Assembly (NCBI GenBank): GCA_002633005.1
Contig: NMRA01000184.1
Coordinates: 685,255 to 749,254, forward strand
DNA: 64,000 nt
Direction: 5' to 3'
Origin: Phoronis australis
Taxonomy: Eukaryota > Animalia > Phoronida
Part shown: positions 49,366-61,226 of the stretch, one piece after another
Layout: every line of letters starts with the position of its first letter
How positions within the stretch are numbered: position 1 is the stretch's first letter
Translations under genes and position numbers: made by a program
Notes under the pieces: generated by a model
What the model was told of the DNA's origin: nothing
Database searches by the model: none
What the model saw: only the letters and a program-made list of their open reading frames with translations

Positions 49366-49757
49366 GTCTGTTCCACTGTGCAATGAAGACAATTACTTCA
49401 TTAATTTTTTTAAAGAAAATGGAATCTGAGTGACGATGAAAAAGCAGAAGCTTCTGGTAAGATGTGAATTTCAATCGAAGCCTTAGTGAATCCCTCAGAA
49501 ACTCATAATTCTCTCTTTGTCAAACCTTAACTTAAGACGATTTCCAAAGCAATCGCGTCATTATTGCCAACACAAAAAACGGATTTGGTCTTTCGGGCAA
49601 TTGAAGACAATCTTAAATATAACATTTTTTTTTTACGAACTGATTGCACAAAATATAAAACGTGTAATAAGCATTACAAAAAGAAGTAGGTTTCGCGCGC
49701 AAACGCTGTGGAATATAAACAAGTAGGTCTCTCAGTATCAAATTAGGAGTGAAATCG

Positions 49758-49830
49758 AGGTGGTGCGGTGTTAAAGCACGCGCGCTCTTTCCACTAGGTC
49801 GTGAGTTCGAGCCTGTGGTAATTGCAGTTT
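49758..49830 (+). repeat. tRNA-derived SINE-like head
   Basis: GGTGGTGCGGTGTTAAAG (A-box-like) and GAGTTCGAGCC (B-box-like). No intact cloverleaf. Confidence 0.5.
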
Positions 49831-51194
49831 TTCCTATTTGACACGTTCTCCGTGTTTTTTTTTTTTTTGCCTTTTTTCTTGGATAATTGTTCAGGAATCC
49901 AGGAAAATGCTTGATTTTGAGAGGAAAAAACAGAAAAATTTCCTGGGCAGGAGGGGGGTTTGTCATTCGGTGCTATGCGCATCTACAATCGTGCTTTGCG
50001 CAAATGTTTACAGACAAAATGTTGGGAACCCTTGTGATATCCTAGATCCACCACTGGGAATATAACTATATTCATAAAAAGAGATACCGTTATTTTGAAA
50101 ACCTGTTGCATGGTTGTGACGATCAACATTCAAGAACAAGAAAACGGAACAACTAGATTGACAAGCGGGACTTCAGGATAAAAAGTGGGACATCTCGATT
50201 TAGCCAAAACGTAAGGGTGAGATGCTCGTTGTAACACACAGAGAAGCACCACCGCCGGACATCGTTTTTTGTTAAACGGCAGATGTAACACCCAAAAATG
50301 TCGGACAACGTTTTTGTTGTTTTTTATTGCTGAATGGGAAATTGCGGCTGCCGCAAAAAACGTCCTTTTTTCTTTTTCATCAAGCGGGAAAAAATGGTTA
50401 TGTCGCGCGGGACAATAGTATATGATAATATGCTAATTTGGCTGTGTGTCCAAAAGCGGGACATTTAGATGTCGTGGCGAGATGGCAGAAAAAAATCAAA
50501 AGGTGGGACAGTTCGCCAAGAGCGGGGTAATTGACAAATATGATTGGGTTCTTTTAGGAGGTAAACTTTTCCTTTTTTAAATTCTGTTTCACGGGTATAG
50601 GTAAATACACATACTACAGATAACAGTCTGACCTACTTCACAGAAATCGAATTAGGAAAAAACGGCATCTGAGCAACAGGTAAACATTGCTCAAATGAGT
50701 TATTATGGAAACGATTGAAAATACACATGCACACACACAGACACACACACGCGCGCGCGCGCGCAAACGCACACCTCACAGTAGCGGATCTAGGATACCA
50801 TAAGGGGGGGCCCAACATCCTCGGGGAATTGGGCAAAGCGCGATTGCGTGTGCAGGAGGCTGCACGAAAGTTGTGGGGGCCGAGGGGTTGTGGGCCTTCT
50901 GTTCAGAAAATCTATCTGTGGACTAAAAAAAAAAAAAAAACGGGAACGCGTTTCCGCGTCCCATCCTCCCCTCTTCCGAACTCAATATTTCCTCACGCTG
51001 TTGCTCTTTCATTTTGCTTGCGGCAGCTAATTCCGCCTATTGCTTGTAGTATGATAGTCTCTTTTAATTTTGGTAAAGAATAAGTTTTATAACATGGGTT
51101 AAGGCAAGCTTGTATTTTAGTGTTTTATACCAAGTTAATCTTTAAAACAACAAAAACCTACTATTCTCTTTTCTGCAGGTACGATCAGAAAACA

Positions 51195-53096
51195 ATGCCA
51201 AAACGAAAATCATTTTTGGAGAAAAAGAGGGTGGATGAGGAGGGCCTACTATTCACGGCGTGGTTTGCAAGAAACATCGATCATAAAATTTTGGAAAACC
51301 TGAAAATACGTTGTGAATCGGAACATCAGCTGGAGCCATACAGCCGGCGCCATGCCGTCATGAACATCTTGGGTTTTATCTACCATAAGTGTCATGACCG
51401 ATCCTCGCCTCAGGAAATGTTCAAACAAGTCCTAGAGGATGACCAGACTAATTTGAACGCTCTGTTAAATTTGGCGTATGTGCATGAATGTGCTGGCCAG
51501 AAAAGCGATTCGCTGAAATATATCAGACAATACCACAGGCTTTTGCAACTTGACGAGAAGCATCAGAAAGTCATCTATGCCAGACATTTGTATGAAATTT
51601 CGGTATTTATGCTTTCAAGAGAAGAAAATTTTATAAACAAATACTACAAAGAAATAGTCAAACATCTCCAACTTGCCATTGATCTAGGCAAGGCATATGT
51701 CATGAACGAAGTGGCCATTTGGAAGTTTGCTCTCGGTTCAACCTATATGCGAATTGACTCAGTTTTGGCTCAGCGGGAAAATATAGAAAGTAAGTGGATG
51801 AAGTCAGCTTTGAAAAATTTGTACGAGGTTGCAATTTACCCGCTAGATCCCAATCAGTTGTCCGAAACGTGTTATCATTACCCTTTACATGAGGCACTGT
51901 ATGACACAAAAGGTAAGGCACGGGCCTACATGGGAACTGTGTTGTGGCGACGATATACTAAAAAACGCTTCACCCTGTCGAATTTTATCGATCGCGAGAC
52001 ATTGCAAGCAAAGCACAAGCAGTTTGATGCTTTAAAATGTTTCGACACTGCGCAAAGCATAGCGCCAACTACGCCAACAGTGCTGCGAAGAATTGGACAA
52101 GCGTATACCGATGACAAGAAACTACGTGGTACTGCTTATGAACTGCTAAAAGGAGCCAAAAAAGCAGAACCAATTGGATATTCCTACAGTCTACTAGGTC
52201 AATGGTATCTTAAGCAGTATGAGGACGACAGAAACAGACATGATTATTTACAGCAGGCCATCAAAAAATTCCGGAAAGCAGTCGAAAAGCACTGTGACAT
52301 GTTTGTTTTGTTTAAATGCCTCGCTAAGGCTTACGAGTACAATGGGGAAGTTGACAAGGCTCTCAATGTATTCGCCTCGTGCGAGAGTACGCATGAGGGA
52401 CCCCGCACGGCTGAACTTTACACGTTATGGGCAGATTTACTTGACAAAAATAATCACCACGAGTCGGCTGAAAAGAAACGAATTTTGGCTGCTGAAACTC
52501 GAAAGGGACAAAATCCAAAACAAATGCGCGATTTTGGAGTTCTTTACAACGAAAAAGACAGAAAAGCGGTTACAAAGTTTGTCGAAAATGCAGAATCCAA
52601 ATTCAGCGTGAATGGGTACTTCATAGACAGGGATCTTATTCCGGGTCACGATGTCCTGAAGGGTTTGACCCAGATGCAGGAAAAGTGCAGACTTATTATT
52701 GTTTTTGTGACGGAAAATTTTAACAAATCTGAAAAAAATGAGGGCGATCTCAGTCAAATTATTTCTGCACGGGAAAGGGGGAATACAATAGTACCTCTGC
52801 TAGCAAAGAATGGGAAATTGCCCAAATCCCTGTGTTATATACATCCGATAGAATATAATAAAAGCAACTCTTTTTGGGAAAAACTTGGGCAAGTTCTTCA
52901 AAAAGGTCGATCACGACGATTTGCAATGATTCGGGATATTCTTAGCTCAACAAGGAAAAGATGGATTTTTGTTAAAGTATTTTTATTCTTCTTGGCGCTG
53001 TATGTCGTTTATGTGTTAGGAAATATCGAGGGACGTGTTTCTTGTTCAAATGGTCACAATTTGTTCCCCGAGCTCTACTCAAATCTGAGCATGTAA
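51195..53096 (+). CDS. TTC22/IFIT-like TPR region + TIR domain + C-terminal TM protein, paralog B (633 aa from ATG)
   Basis: Acceptor CTCTTTTCTGCAG at 51178, then ATG (MPKRK). Aligns by eye to paralog A along the TPR and TIR regions (FARNIDH.ILENLK.RCESE, AEPIGYS, GQNPK, RDLIPG, FWEKLGQVL). TIR at about 52530-52904. TM WIFVKVFLFFLALYVVYVLG at about 52962-53021. AATAAA at 53502 and 53514. Confidence 0.88.
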   Translation: MPKRKSFLEKKRVDEEGLLFTAWFARNIDHKILENLKIRCESEHQLEPYSRRHAVMNILGFIYHKCHDRSSPQEMFKQVLEDDQTNLNALLNLAYVHECAGQKSDSLKYIRQYHRLLQLDEKHQKVIYARHLYEISVFMLSREENFINKYYKEIVKHLQLAIDLGKAYVMNEVAIWKFALGSTYMRIDSVLAQRENIESKWMKSALKNLYEVAIYPLDPNQLSETCYHYPLHEALYDTKGKARAYMGTVLWRRYTKKRFTLSNFIDRETLQAKHKQFDALKCFDTAQSIAPTTPTVLRRIGQAYTDDKKLRGTAYELLKGAKKAEPIGYSYSLLGQWYLKQYEDDRNRHDYLQQAIKKFRKAVEKHCDMFVLFKCLAKAYEYNGEVDKALNVFASCESTHEGPRTAELYTLWADLLDKNNHHESAEKKRILAAETRKGQNPKQMRDFGVLYNEKDRKAVTKFVENAESKFSVNGYFIDRDLIPGHDVLKGLTQMQEKCRLIIVFVTENFNKSEKNEGDLSQIISARERGNTIVPLLAKNGKLPKSLCYIHPIEYNKSNSFWEKLGQVLQKGRSRRFAMIRDILSSTRKRWIFVKVFLFFLALYVVYVLGNIEGRVSCSNGHNLFPELYSNLSM

Positions 53097-53660
53097 AAGA
53101 TTAAAATAATTCTCAGAAAATTATTGTGTCTCAGTTGTAAAGAATGAACGTTTCGTGCGCTATCTCTTCGATCAGGAAATTATTGCAGCAACCGAGTCAA
53201 GCCAAAAGCTATTTTTATCCTGATCTTAGGATGTTGCTTTATCATCGCAACGCTTGACTGTGTGACAAGATAAGGTATAATACTATTACCAACAGTAACC
53301 ACTTAACTTTTACTCTAATGGTATTGCTGTGGTACGAGATAAGGGCAAAACGGGGGTACAAAATTGTAGTTGAATTAGTTTTAAATATAACCTCCAATTT
53401 TGTTCGAAATCCTTTAAGGTGTTGTCTTATGAAGACAGGGAGAATGGGATTAAATGATAACCAAGTGTTTATTGCCAGTCTTGTCTTTGATGAATTTCAC
53501 TAATAAAATTTAGAATAAACAATTCGGCTCCTTCAGTTCTGATATGCACGAGGCAAAGAACGAAAGTGATTTGGGGTCGCACCCACTTAAAACACTGACT
53601 ATTAGCTACAGCGTGAAAACAAAGAACCCCAAAAATTTCAACGGCAGTTAGACTGGCGTT

Positions 53661-53804
53661 CAGGGGCGGATTCGGGCAGTGGACTGGTTAGTTATTGTGA
53701 AAAAAACGTTATCAAAAAACTACAATCATTATTTAGAAGGAATAATTCCTGACATTTATGTTCAGGGGTTTAATATTGCTTCAACTGCGCTGTTTCCGCC
53801 CCTG
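53661..53804. mobile_element. hAT-like MITE
   Basis: CAGGGGCGGA at the left and TCCGCCCCTG at the right. Related ends occur at about 48368, 50056, 50779 and 59391. Confidence 0.6.
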
Positions 53805-55635
53805 AGGTAAATGAATTCAATTGACATGCAGGAACAACTCGCTATTTCAGCGTTCATACACAAAACGGTTATGTGGCGGTTAAAAATTCTCGGGAATCAT
53901 TTAATTTTTCTGTATGTAGCTAAAATAAATGCTTTCCTATAGTCAGAAGCAGGTGCTTCTGCATATATAGGAATGGTGAGAAAATTTGATTTACAATTCC
54001 GATATTCATTTTGTGAGTAATTTGGTAATATAATGTCTAACCAAAAGGTTTTTCTTTCTAATGTTAGAACTAAGTAGTAAAATTGAAACAGTAATTAAAT
54101 TTGATAAATTCCCTGGACAACGGTCCTGCTCGTAGAAATGCGTGTATCCAGGTACTCACGTAGGAGCACTGACATGCAGACGCCCCTCGGGTTGGTGAAC
54201 TGCATTTTGCTCTAGTGAATATCGAATTGCATACTTGAAAACTCCAATGCGCAGAGCGCACCTTTTGAATTTCCAACCCAAGTCCATGCTGAAGTCTGTA
54301 TGTGAAATCGGGACTTTTTCACGAGGCTTCTGAGGCGTTTGCTGAAGGATTACGCAAACTGCAAACCGTATCTTGGGAAGAGCATAAAAGCCAGGACTTT
54401 TCTTCCCTACCAGGATTCGGAGTTCCTGCCCGTAGAAATTTTCAGAATTAATGCGTAATAACGTGAAACATGATACATTCCAGTGATTTCAAAATAAAAT
54501 TAATATTTCAAAAATCATTAAATTGTGTTATTTACGGCTCTCATTTTATTGAAGGGATTTGAAATTTTTACGTGACATGTACACGGTCACCATATACCGG
54601 TAGTCTTACGTTCGCTCATTGAGTATCGCACATTAGCTCTTTACAAAGAAAACTTTCCCAACAATTATATATTGGCGAAAATGGCGATTATTTTCTTAAT
54701 TTCGGTCCTGCTAAGGACCACTAAAATATTTCGAGTTTATTGATGAGTTGTCAACGGAAGAGTCTCTGGAATCCTCTTGTAATATCGTAACTGCCGATAA
54801 AGTGAAACCTGGCTGGCAGTTTTAGCCCAAGAGAAATGTTTGCTCGACTCCTCGTGGCAATACAAGTAACTAACAAGACAAATTAGTCCTGGAGTTATTC
54901 AGGTGTCATTCAGCAGGAGATCGATGAAAAAGATATCAGTGATGAGATTTCACCCGACCACGAGCTCAATGACATAGAGATCGTTAGAATTATTGACGTA
55001 AGACTTGACACAATGTCTTAGAGTATTGTTAAACGCACGTTCATTTTACAGTAATGCTTTATTTCAAAACATCGAATTTTTGTTTTTATTCTACCAACAA
55101 AATTTAAATCTAGGTATATTAAACTAATCATCACTTCCGATGCTATCATCACTTAGTTGAACTTTCTAAACTCAATTGCAATCATTTTCCTTTTGCAACA
55201 ATGCCCACTACTGAATTAGGAGTCGCTGTGGTACAAGTTTCTAAAAGTGCTTCGACAATTTGTTTCCGAAAGCGGTCCCTGAGTGATTTTTGTGGATACA
55301 ATATCACTTCAGGTAATCGTGAGAGAGTAGGTAACTAAGTAAGTATGTACGTAAGAATTAAGTTAGTTAGTTAGTTAGTTAATTGGTTGTTAGATTAGAA
55401 TTATTGCACTTGCGACTTGAAAATTTGCTTTCTTATTAATATTTCCAATACATAACCGATTTATTTTGGAATAACATTAGAACGAGTTTTCAAAGAAAAT
55501 TGAATCACGTTGCGAATCTTTAACCTTGTCGGCAAGTCTGCAGCCAATTGTTTACAAAACTACAGATTTTAACTCAATACAAGTAGAAAGTTAGTAAGGT
55601 TATTTTTTTTTAACTTTTCAACAATCTACAATTAA

Positions 55636-56513
55636 TTGAGTCACGTGACAATGCCTTTTAGTTAACCTGAACAAAAAACGGCCGAATAATGGCTTAATAA
55701 CATGAATAAATTTTATTGGATATAAGTGTTCAAAATGAAATCTCAAAAACACGGTTACAGTTTTCTGCAGCTTTTGATTTTTTCATGAAAATCATCCAAG
55801 TCCTACTTTTTGATGGCCCCTCATGGAACATTTTCAAAACGATATTACTTCTAAAAGTAGTTGAAAGAACACTGCACAAAGCATAGCAATTGAAAGTTTC
55901 ACATGAATACGAGATATGAAGCTCCAAAATTATCTAAATTTGGACATTCCCTAGAGTCCTACATAACTACATGAGATGTCCGCGACCGTATGAACTGTGT
56001 AGACCTGCCAGTAACAGCCGAACACTCTGCCATGCTCTAGACAGCTCAATATTCAAAAAGTGTAAGGACACCGGCCTTACTTTCAGCGAATGTCGTCTGC
56101 CAGTCAACGGAAATAAATGGCGAATAGTTATAAAATCACAAAAACTCAACGGATTTTGTTGTCTCATAGCTTTGATGAAACTTAACAAGATGTAGAAGTA
56201 TATCCCGTCTAATAATAATTTCAAAGAAGCGTTTTTCGGTCCTAAAAACATTAAGGTCTCTTTTACGTCATCAAAGTTGTACTAGCATCAGAAATTTCTA
56301 GCTTCTAAAACATATTTCATTTTAGAGATTCCACTTTTTTAATATATGCCAGTATTGATGGCAGCATTAAATTATTATAACCTGGGTTCACACGCCCACT
56401 TGCAGAGCTTCAAAAATCGACATAACAGATTTGCTCTGAATTTCTTCGAACTTTCTTTGTAAAAAATATTATAAAACCGTTTTCTGTCAAACATTTACCT
56501 TTTATTTCTCTTA
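55636..56513. repeat. ~880-bp segment nearly identical to 57981-58857
   Basis: Directly visible. The ORF track also shows duplicated ORFs here. Confidence 0.95.
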
Positions 56514-56514
56514 C

Positions 56515-57979
56515 AGGAGCATGTCACCCAAAAAACAACCTAATTTGTATCAATTTAGATCGAGTAGTTCTCCTCGATAGCGGCACGTACGGTTGCGTTA
56601 CCTGACACCTGACGGCAGACGGAGGTGATGAAATTTTCCACTGACGTCATCGGTTTCACACGCAGTCTGTTCAGCAGTTCTCAATACGGGTAACTGGTGT
56701 CAGCTTATCGCTTGAATTCATCGTTTAACACCAATAAATGATCAAACTTCGATGTAAAACCCTTAAAAGTACACCGAGTTCTTATAAAAACGTGTTGTCT
56801 TATTTCACTGTTACGGATTTATTGGTATTTGGACACACCGTAGCCAACAAATTTCGGCAGTCCAATTTACCAAGGTCCGTAGCAGGAGTTCGTGTTCTGT
56901 TCGGAGATAAATTCTAAGTATTTTTCCGTAAATTACAGACAGTAGGATCTAGATCTGTGTTGTTTAGACTTGTTTTTTAGTTCTTAACACAAAAAACGCT
57001 TGTTATCCCAGCCAGTGTCTCGGAACCCGATCAGGCCCGTCGCGGCCGGACTGACTCGTTATCCCGGCCAGTGGCTCGGAACCCAAACAGGCCCGTCGCG
57101 ACCGGACTGAGGACATCAAGAACATTAACCAGCCAAAGTTGGAAACTAAGCTTGAAGTCAAGAAAATACTATACTAGTGAGCTAAAGAAGTAATGTGCAC
57201 GTGATTATTTTGGTGAAGCCACGAAACTGCAAATCTACTAAGGCCGATCGTCGGGGGCCTTGAATTCAGGTTCCCGTTTGGCCACAGAACCGCCAGGGCA
57301 GAAGTTGTACATTGACAATCATTATTTGAATAATGTATTAGTAAATAAAGATTCCCCTAACACCTGGCCGTGGGATGGAATATCGAGTTATTGTTTCACA
57401 ACAGATTCTGTCAGCAAACACTGAATTAGCTTGCGCTCACACGGCCTCGGGGTGTCCGGTCAAATTAGTTTTATTGCACCTGAAGCCGGTAACGCAGTGA
57501 TTTATTCATTGCTGGCTTCTCAAATCATTTTCACTCACGAACACTCCACAGGCATTACAAATTGCATCTAATGGGACACACTTTCTTTCAGTTTTATATA
57601 TATACGTATTGGTTAGGGTGAGAATAATTCATTTTGAAACAGAACGCTTACTGAGTAATAAACGTCAACATGGCAACTCGCAATCCCGACTTGGAGGAGT
57701 ACTCATCTGACGAAGACTTCCCAGGTAGATCGTAAGTTTTCTCAGGATATCAGTTCGAACCAGCTAGAGTACACTGATCAAGAAGTATTAGAGAGGCGCC
57801 GTGAACGTGCACAAACAATGGAGCACATGGATAGTTCCGAAAACCGTCTCATGGTATCAGTGCGCTAACTGCACCATAATGGAAACAACTGATCCACGTT
57901 TCTTTGCTTCCTGCCTGCCGAACGCAAACACACTAGGCACAGCATCTGACTTCAGCCTCGGTTGCTTTTTCTGCCCTGG
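56515..57979. mobile_element. Kolobok-like element, second diverged copy, cut by the gap
   Basis: Starts TTAC|AGGAGCATGTCACCC, is colinear with 38528-39830, and ends at the N at 57980. Confidence 0.85.
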
Positions 57980-57980
57980 N

Positions 57981-58858
57981 TTGAGTCACGTGACAATGCC
58001 TTTTAGTTAACCTGAACAAAAAACGGCCGAATAATGGCTTAATAACATGAATAAATTTTATTGGATATAAGTGTTCAAAATGAAATCTCAAAAACACGGT
58101 TACAGTTTTCTGCAGCTTTTGATTTTTTCATGAAAATCATCCAAGTCCTACTTTTTGATGGCCCCTCATGGAACATTTTCAAAACGATATTACTTCTAAA
58201 AGTAGTTGAAAGAACACTGCACAAAGCATAGCAATTGAAAGTTTCACATGAATACGAGATATGAAGCTCCAAAATTATCTAAATTTGGACATTCCCTAGA
58301 GTCCTACATAACTACATGAGATGTCCGCGACCGTATGAACTGTGTAGACCTGCCAGTAACAGCCGAACACTCTGCCATGCTCTAGACAGCTCAATATTCA
58401 AAAAGTATAAGGACAACGGCCTTACTTTCAGCGAATGTCGTCTGCCAGTCAACGGAAATAAATGGCGAATAGTTATAAAATCACAAAAACTCAACGGATT
58501 TTGTTGTCTCATAGCTTTGATGAAACTTAACAAGATGTAGAAGTATATCCCATCTAACAATAATTTCAAAGAAGCGTTTTTCGGTCCTAAAAACAATAAG
58601 GTCTATTTTACGTCATCAAAGTTGTACTAGCATCAGAAATTTCTAGCTACTGAAACATATGTCATTTTAGAGATTCCACTTGTTAATATATGCCAGTATT
58701 GATGGCAGCATTAAATTATTACAACCTGGGTTCACACGCCCACTTGCAGAGCTTCAAAAATCGACATAACAGATTTGCTCTGAATTCCTTCTAACTTTCT
58801 TTGTAAAAAATATTATAAAACCGTTTTCTGTCAAAAATTTACCTTTTATTTCTCTTAA
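57981..58858. repeat. Duplicate of 55636-56513 beginning right after the N gap (probable alternate haplotype)
   Basis: Only scattered substitutions and small indels. Ends in TCTCTTAA with no transposon after it. Confidence 0.9.
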
Positions 58859-59679
58859 ACTCATAAAACTGGTCTCAACGTGTCCTTTAGCGAGATTAGA
58901 ATTGATGCTTTTTGACTTGTTAAGAAGTGGCAGGTCGTTTGAGACCAGGATCAAGAAGTTGATTTTACCCGGCACGGCCGGCCTCTTTTTGAACCAACCG
59001 TGGTCACAAGCAAGTACGAACTGTCAGTTCTTTCCAACCGGTCCCGAACCTTTAGGAGTAAATTCAGCGATTGCCACAGGCAATATATATTTCTAAAAGA
59101 CAGGAAAACATTCGCAATCGGGGGAGGCTCCTTCAAGAGGGGGGCTCTAACAAGAACGGATGCATAGTCAATCATAAGTGACCAACCTCGTCAGGTGCCC
59201 CCCTAAACATAATGATACCGTAATGAGAACAGGTGGAGAGCAGGGATTGATTTCATCCGAGTTTGGCACTCGAATGAACGAGTCTTAGTTTTATGAGTTC
59301 GACTTCCATCTTTGTGCTGTTCCCTGATTCCAAAACATTACTTTTCAATTTTATGCATTCATCAAACATTGGTTGGGCTCATCTCAAGGCATAGGCGGAT
59401 CCATAGGATGGGTCCAGGGGCCCGGGCCCCTTTTTAACCAAAGTGGCAAACGAAAACCACGCGAAAATGGATGGTTTCTATTTTTTTCATTACTATATAC
59501 CGCTGAGAGGAATAATCACGACACAAAATTTTGTTCGTGATATATAACTCTCTTCAAAACCTATCGTTTTATTTGAAGCTTTTCGTTAAATCGTTGGTCG
59601 AATCTGCTGTGGCAATGAAACTGACACTAAGAACAACCTTTATTGAACGTTCATTGTAATTTTGCCATCCAATGAAAAA

Positions 59680-61030
59680 AATCGTATGGAAGAACCTCTG
59701 ACGTTGGGAAAGGTAACCCATAGTTATGAAAAACAAATAAGCGAAGTGGCTCTGAAGATTTTACCGTTGAATTTTTAACATGTTTTTGGACTGCCGTTGG
59801 AATGTTGCATGCTCTTCGAATACAGGATTTAATAGTTGAAAATTGTCTTTCATCCAAAAGGAGGGAGTCATTGCATGCATGCCAAAAGGGGGCGACAAAA
59901 GTAAATATTATCTTAAGAATTGGCGTCCTATAGTATGCCCAATGTCATTTATAAGTTAGCTTCAGCAGGAGTTACTGGACACATTAAAATGTTTTTTGGT
60001 AATTTGATCCACGAAGATCAATCGGCCTTTATCTCGGGAAGGAATATGAGTCAAAACATTCGTGCACTTTACAACCTTTTTATTACAGTGAGAAGCTGGC
60101 AAACTAATTGATTTCGAGAAAGCGTTTGATTCTTTAGCATGGGACTTTATAGACAAAACGCTTTCCTTTTTTAATTTTGGTTGTTCCATTAAACGTCATG
60201 TCAGAGTGTTTTACAAAAACATAAAGTCTTGTGTTGTAGTTAATGGACAACCGTGACGCTGGTTTAATGACCGACGTGGAGTTAGACAAGGTGACCTTTT
60301 ATCCCCCAATCTATTTATTATCTGTGCGGAAATAATGGGTCTCATGATCAGACATGATAGTGATGTTAAGGGTATTAGAGAGGGTAACAAGGAATTCTGT
60401 ATTTCTCAATATGCGGATGATACGTTCATTACATTAGATGGATCTGGAGTTTCGTTGATGTCTAACTTGAATGTTTTGAAAACATTTGCCTATTCCTCTG
60501 GCTTTCGCATCAATATTGAAAAGACAAAAGCTGTTTGGTTTGGTAGTAATGATATGAGTCAAGAAAATTACAACAAAAGAAAGCCCGCCGTGGACAAACA
60601 ATAATCTTACTTTCCTTGGAGTTGATTTTCAAGTCGACCTAACAGACATGGCTGATCAAAATTATTTGCCGACGTTAAAAGAGAAACAACTCCTATTGAC
60701 GAAACCTGACGCCTTTTGGAAGGATTACTGTCAAATCTCTGGCTGTGTCGAAAATTATTCACCTTTTGATAGCCCTGCTAAGTCCATCCCAATAAGTATT
60801 TTTTAAAATTTATTTGGCAAGGACGTAACGATAAAATTAAACGCACCGTGCTGTTCTTGACTATAACAATATCAAAATTACCAATATTTTTAACTTTTGT
60901 AAGGCTATTAAGTTCACTTTGGCACCTAAATATATAGGCTATGTTTCAAAATCATCTGAACTGTTATATTCGTTATATCGAAAGGTTCAAGGTTTTGCTA
61001 AAGTTGGTGATAATTTTTTAATCGTAAACT
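59680..61030 (+). mobile_element. Decayed L1/Tx1-like RT fragment
   Basis: KNWRPI, DQSAFISGR, DFEKAFDS, GVRQGD..SP, SQYADDT and INIEKTKAVW, with many frameshifts. Confidence 0.88.
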
Positions 61031-61182
61031 ACCACATACTTATAAACAATACTGTAAGGATTTTTTTATTTTTGGATTGAACATAAAGACTTCTTAAGTT
61101 ATATTATTTACTTTTTTCATGCTCATTATGCCATATATCCGATGTCAGTTGTCATATAGTGTTTGATTTTACTTTATTTCTG

Positions 61183-61226
61183 TTACTGCTGAAGAAGGAT
61201 GTTATTATATCCGAAAATTTCAGTGA
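61183..61226 (+). ncRNA. Minimal type I hammerhead ribozyme motif (Penelope-type)
   Basis: Stem I TTACTG/CAGTGA, core CTGAAGA(A), stem II GGATG-TTATTA-TATCC, GAAA, and a palindromic mini stem III (AATT). Confidence 0.55.

Noticed and set aside
48497-49392. 184-aa (+) and 102-aa (-) ORFs with near-identical peptides
   Set aside because: An artefact of translating the two arms of the palindromic MITE.
16256-53096. Treating the Cys-rich protein, DUF885 and TPR-TIR genes as one co-functional defence cluster
   Set aside because: Only proximity and a shared strand support it. Animal gene neighbours are usually functionally unrelated, so co-expression or conserved synteny would be needed.
53140-53180. 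Minus-strand hammerhead-like words (CTGATCGA...CGAAACGTT)
   Set aside because: The core has an extra base and stem II does not pair. At most a dead remnant.
55730-58596. Duplicated short ORFs suggesting a gene duplication
   Set aside because: They come from the near-identical segments flanking the N gap and show no protein-like features.
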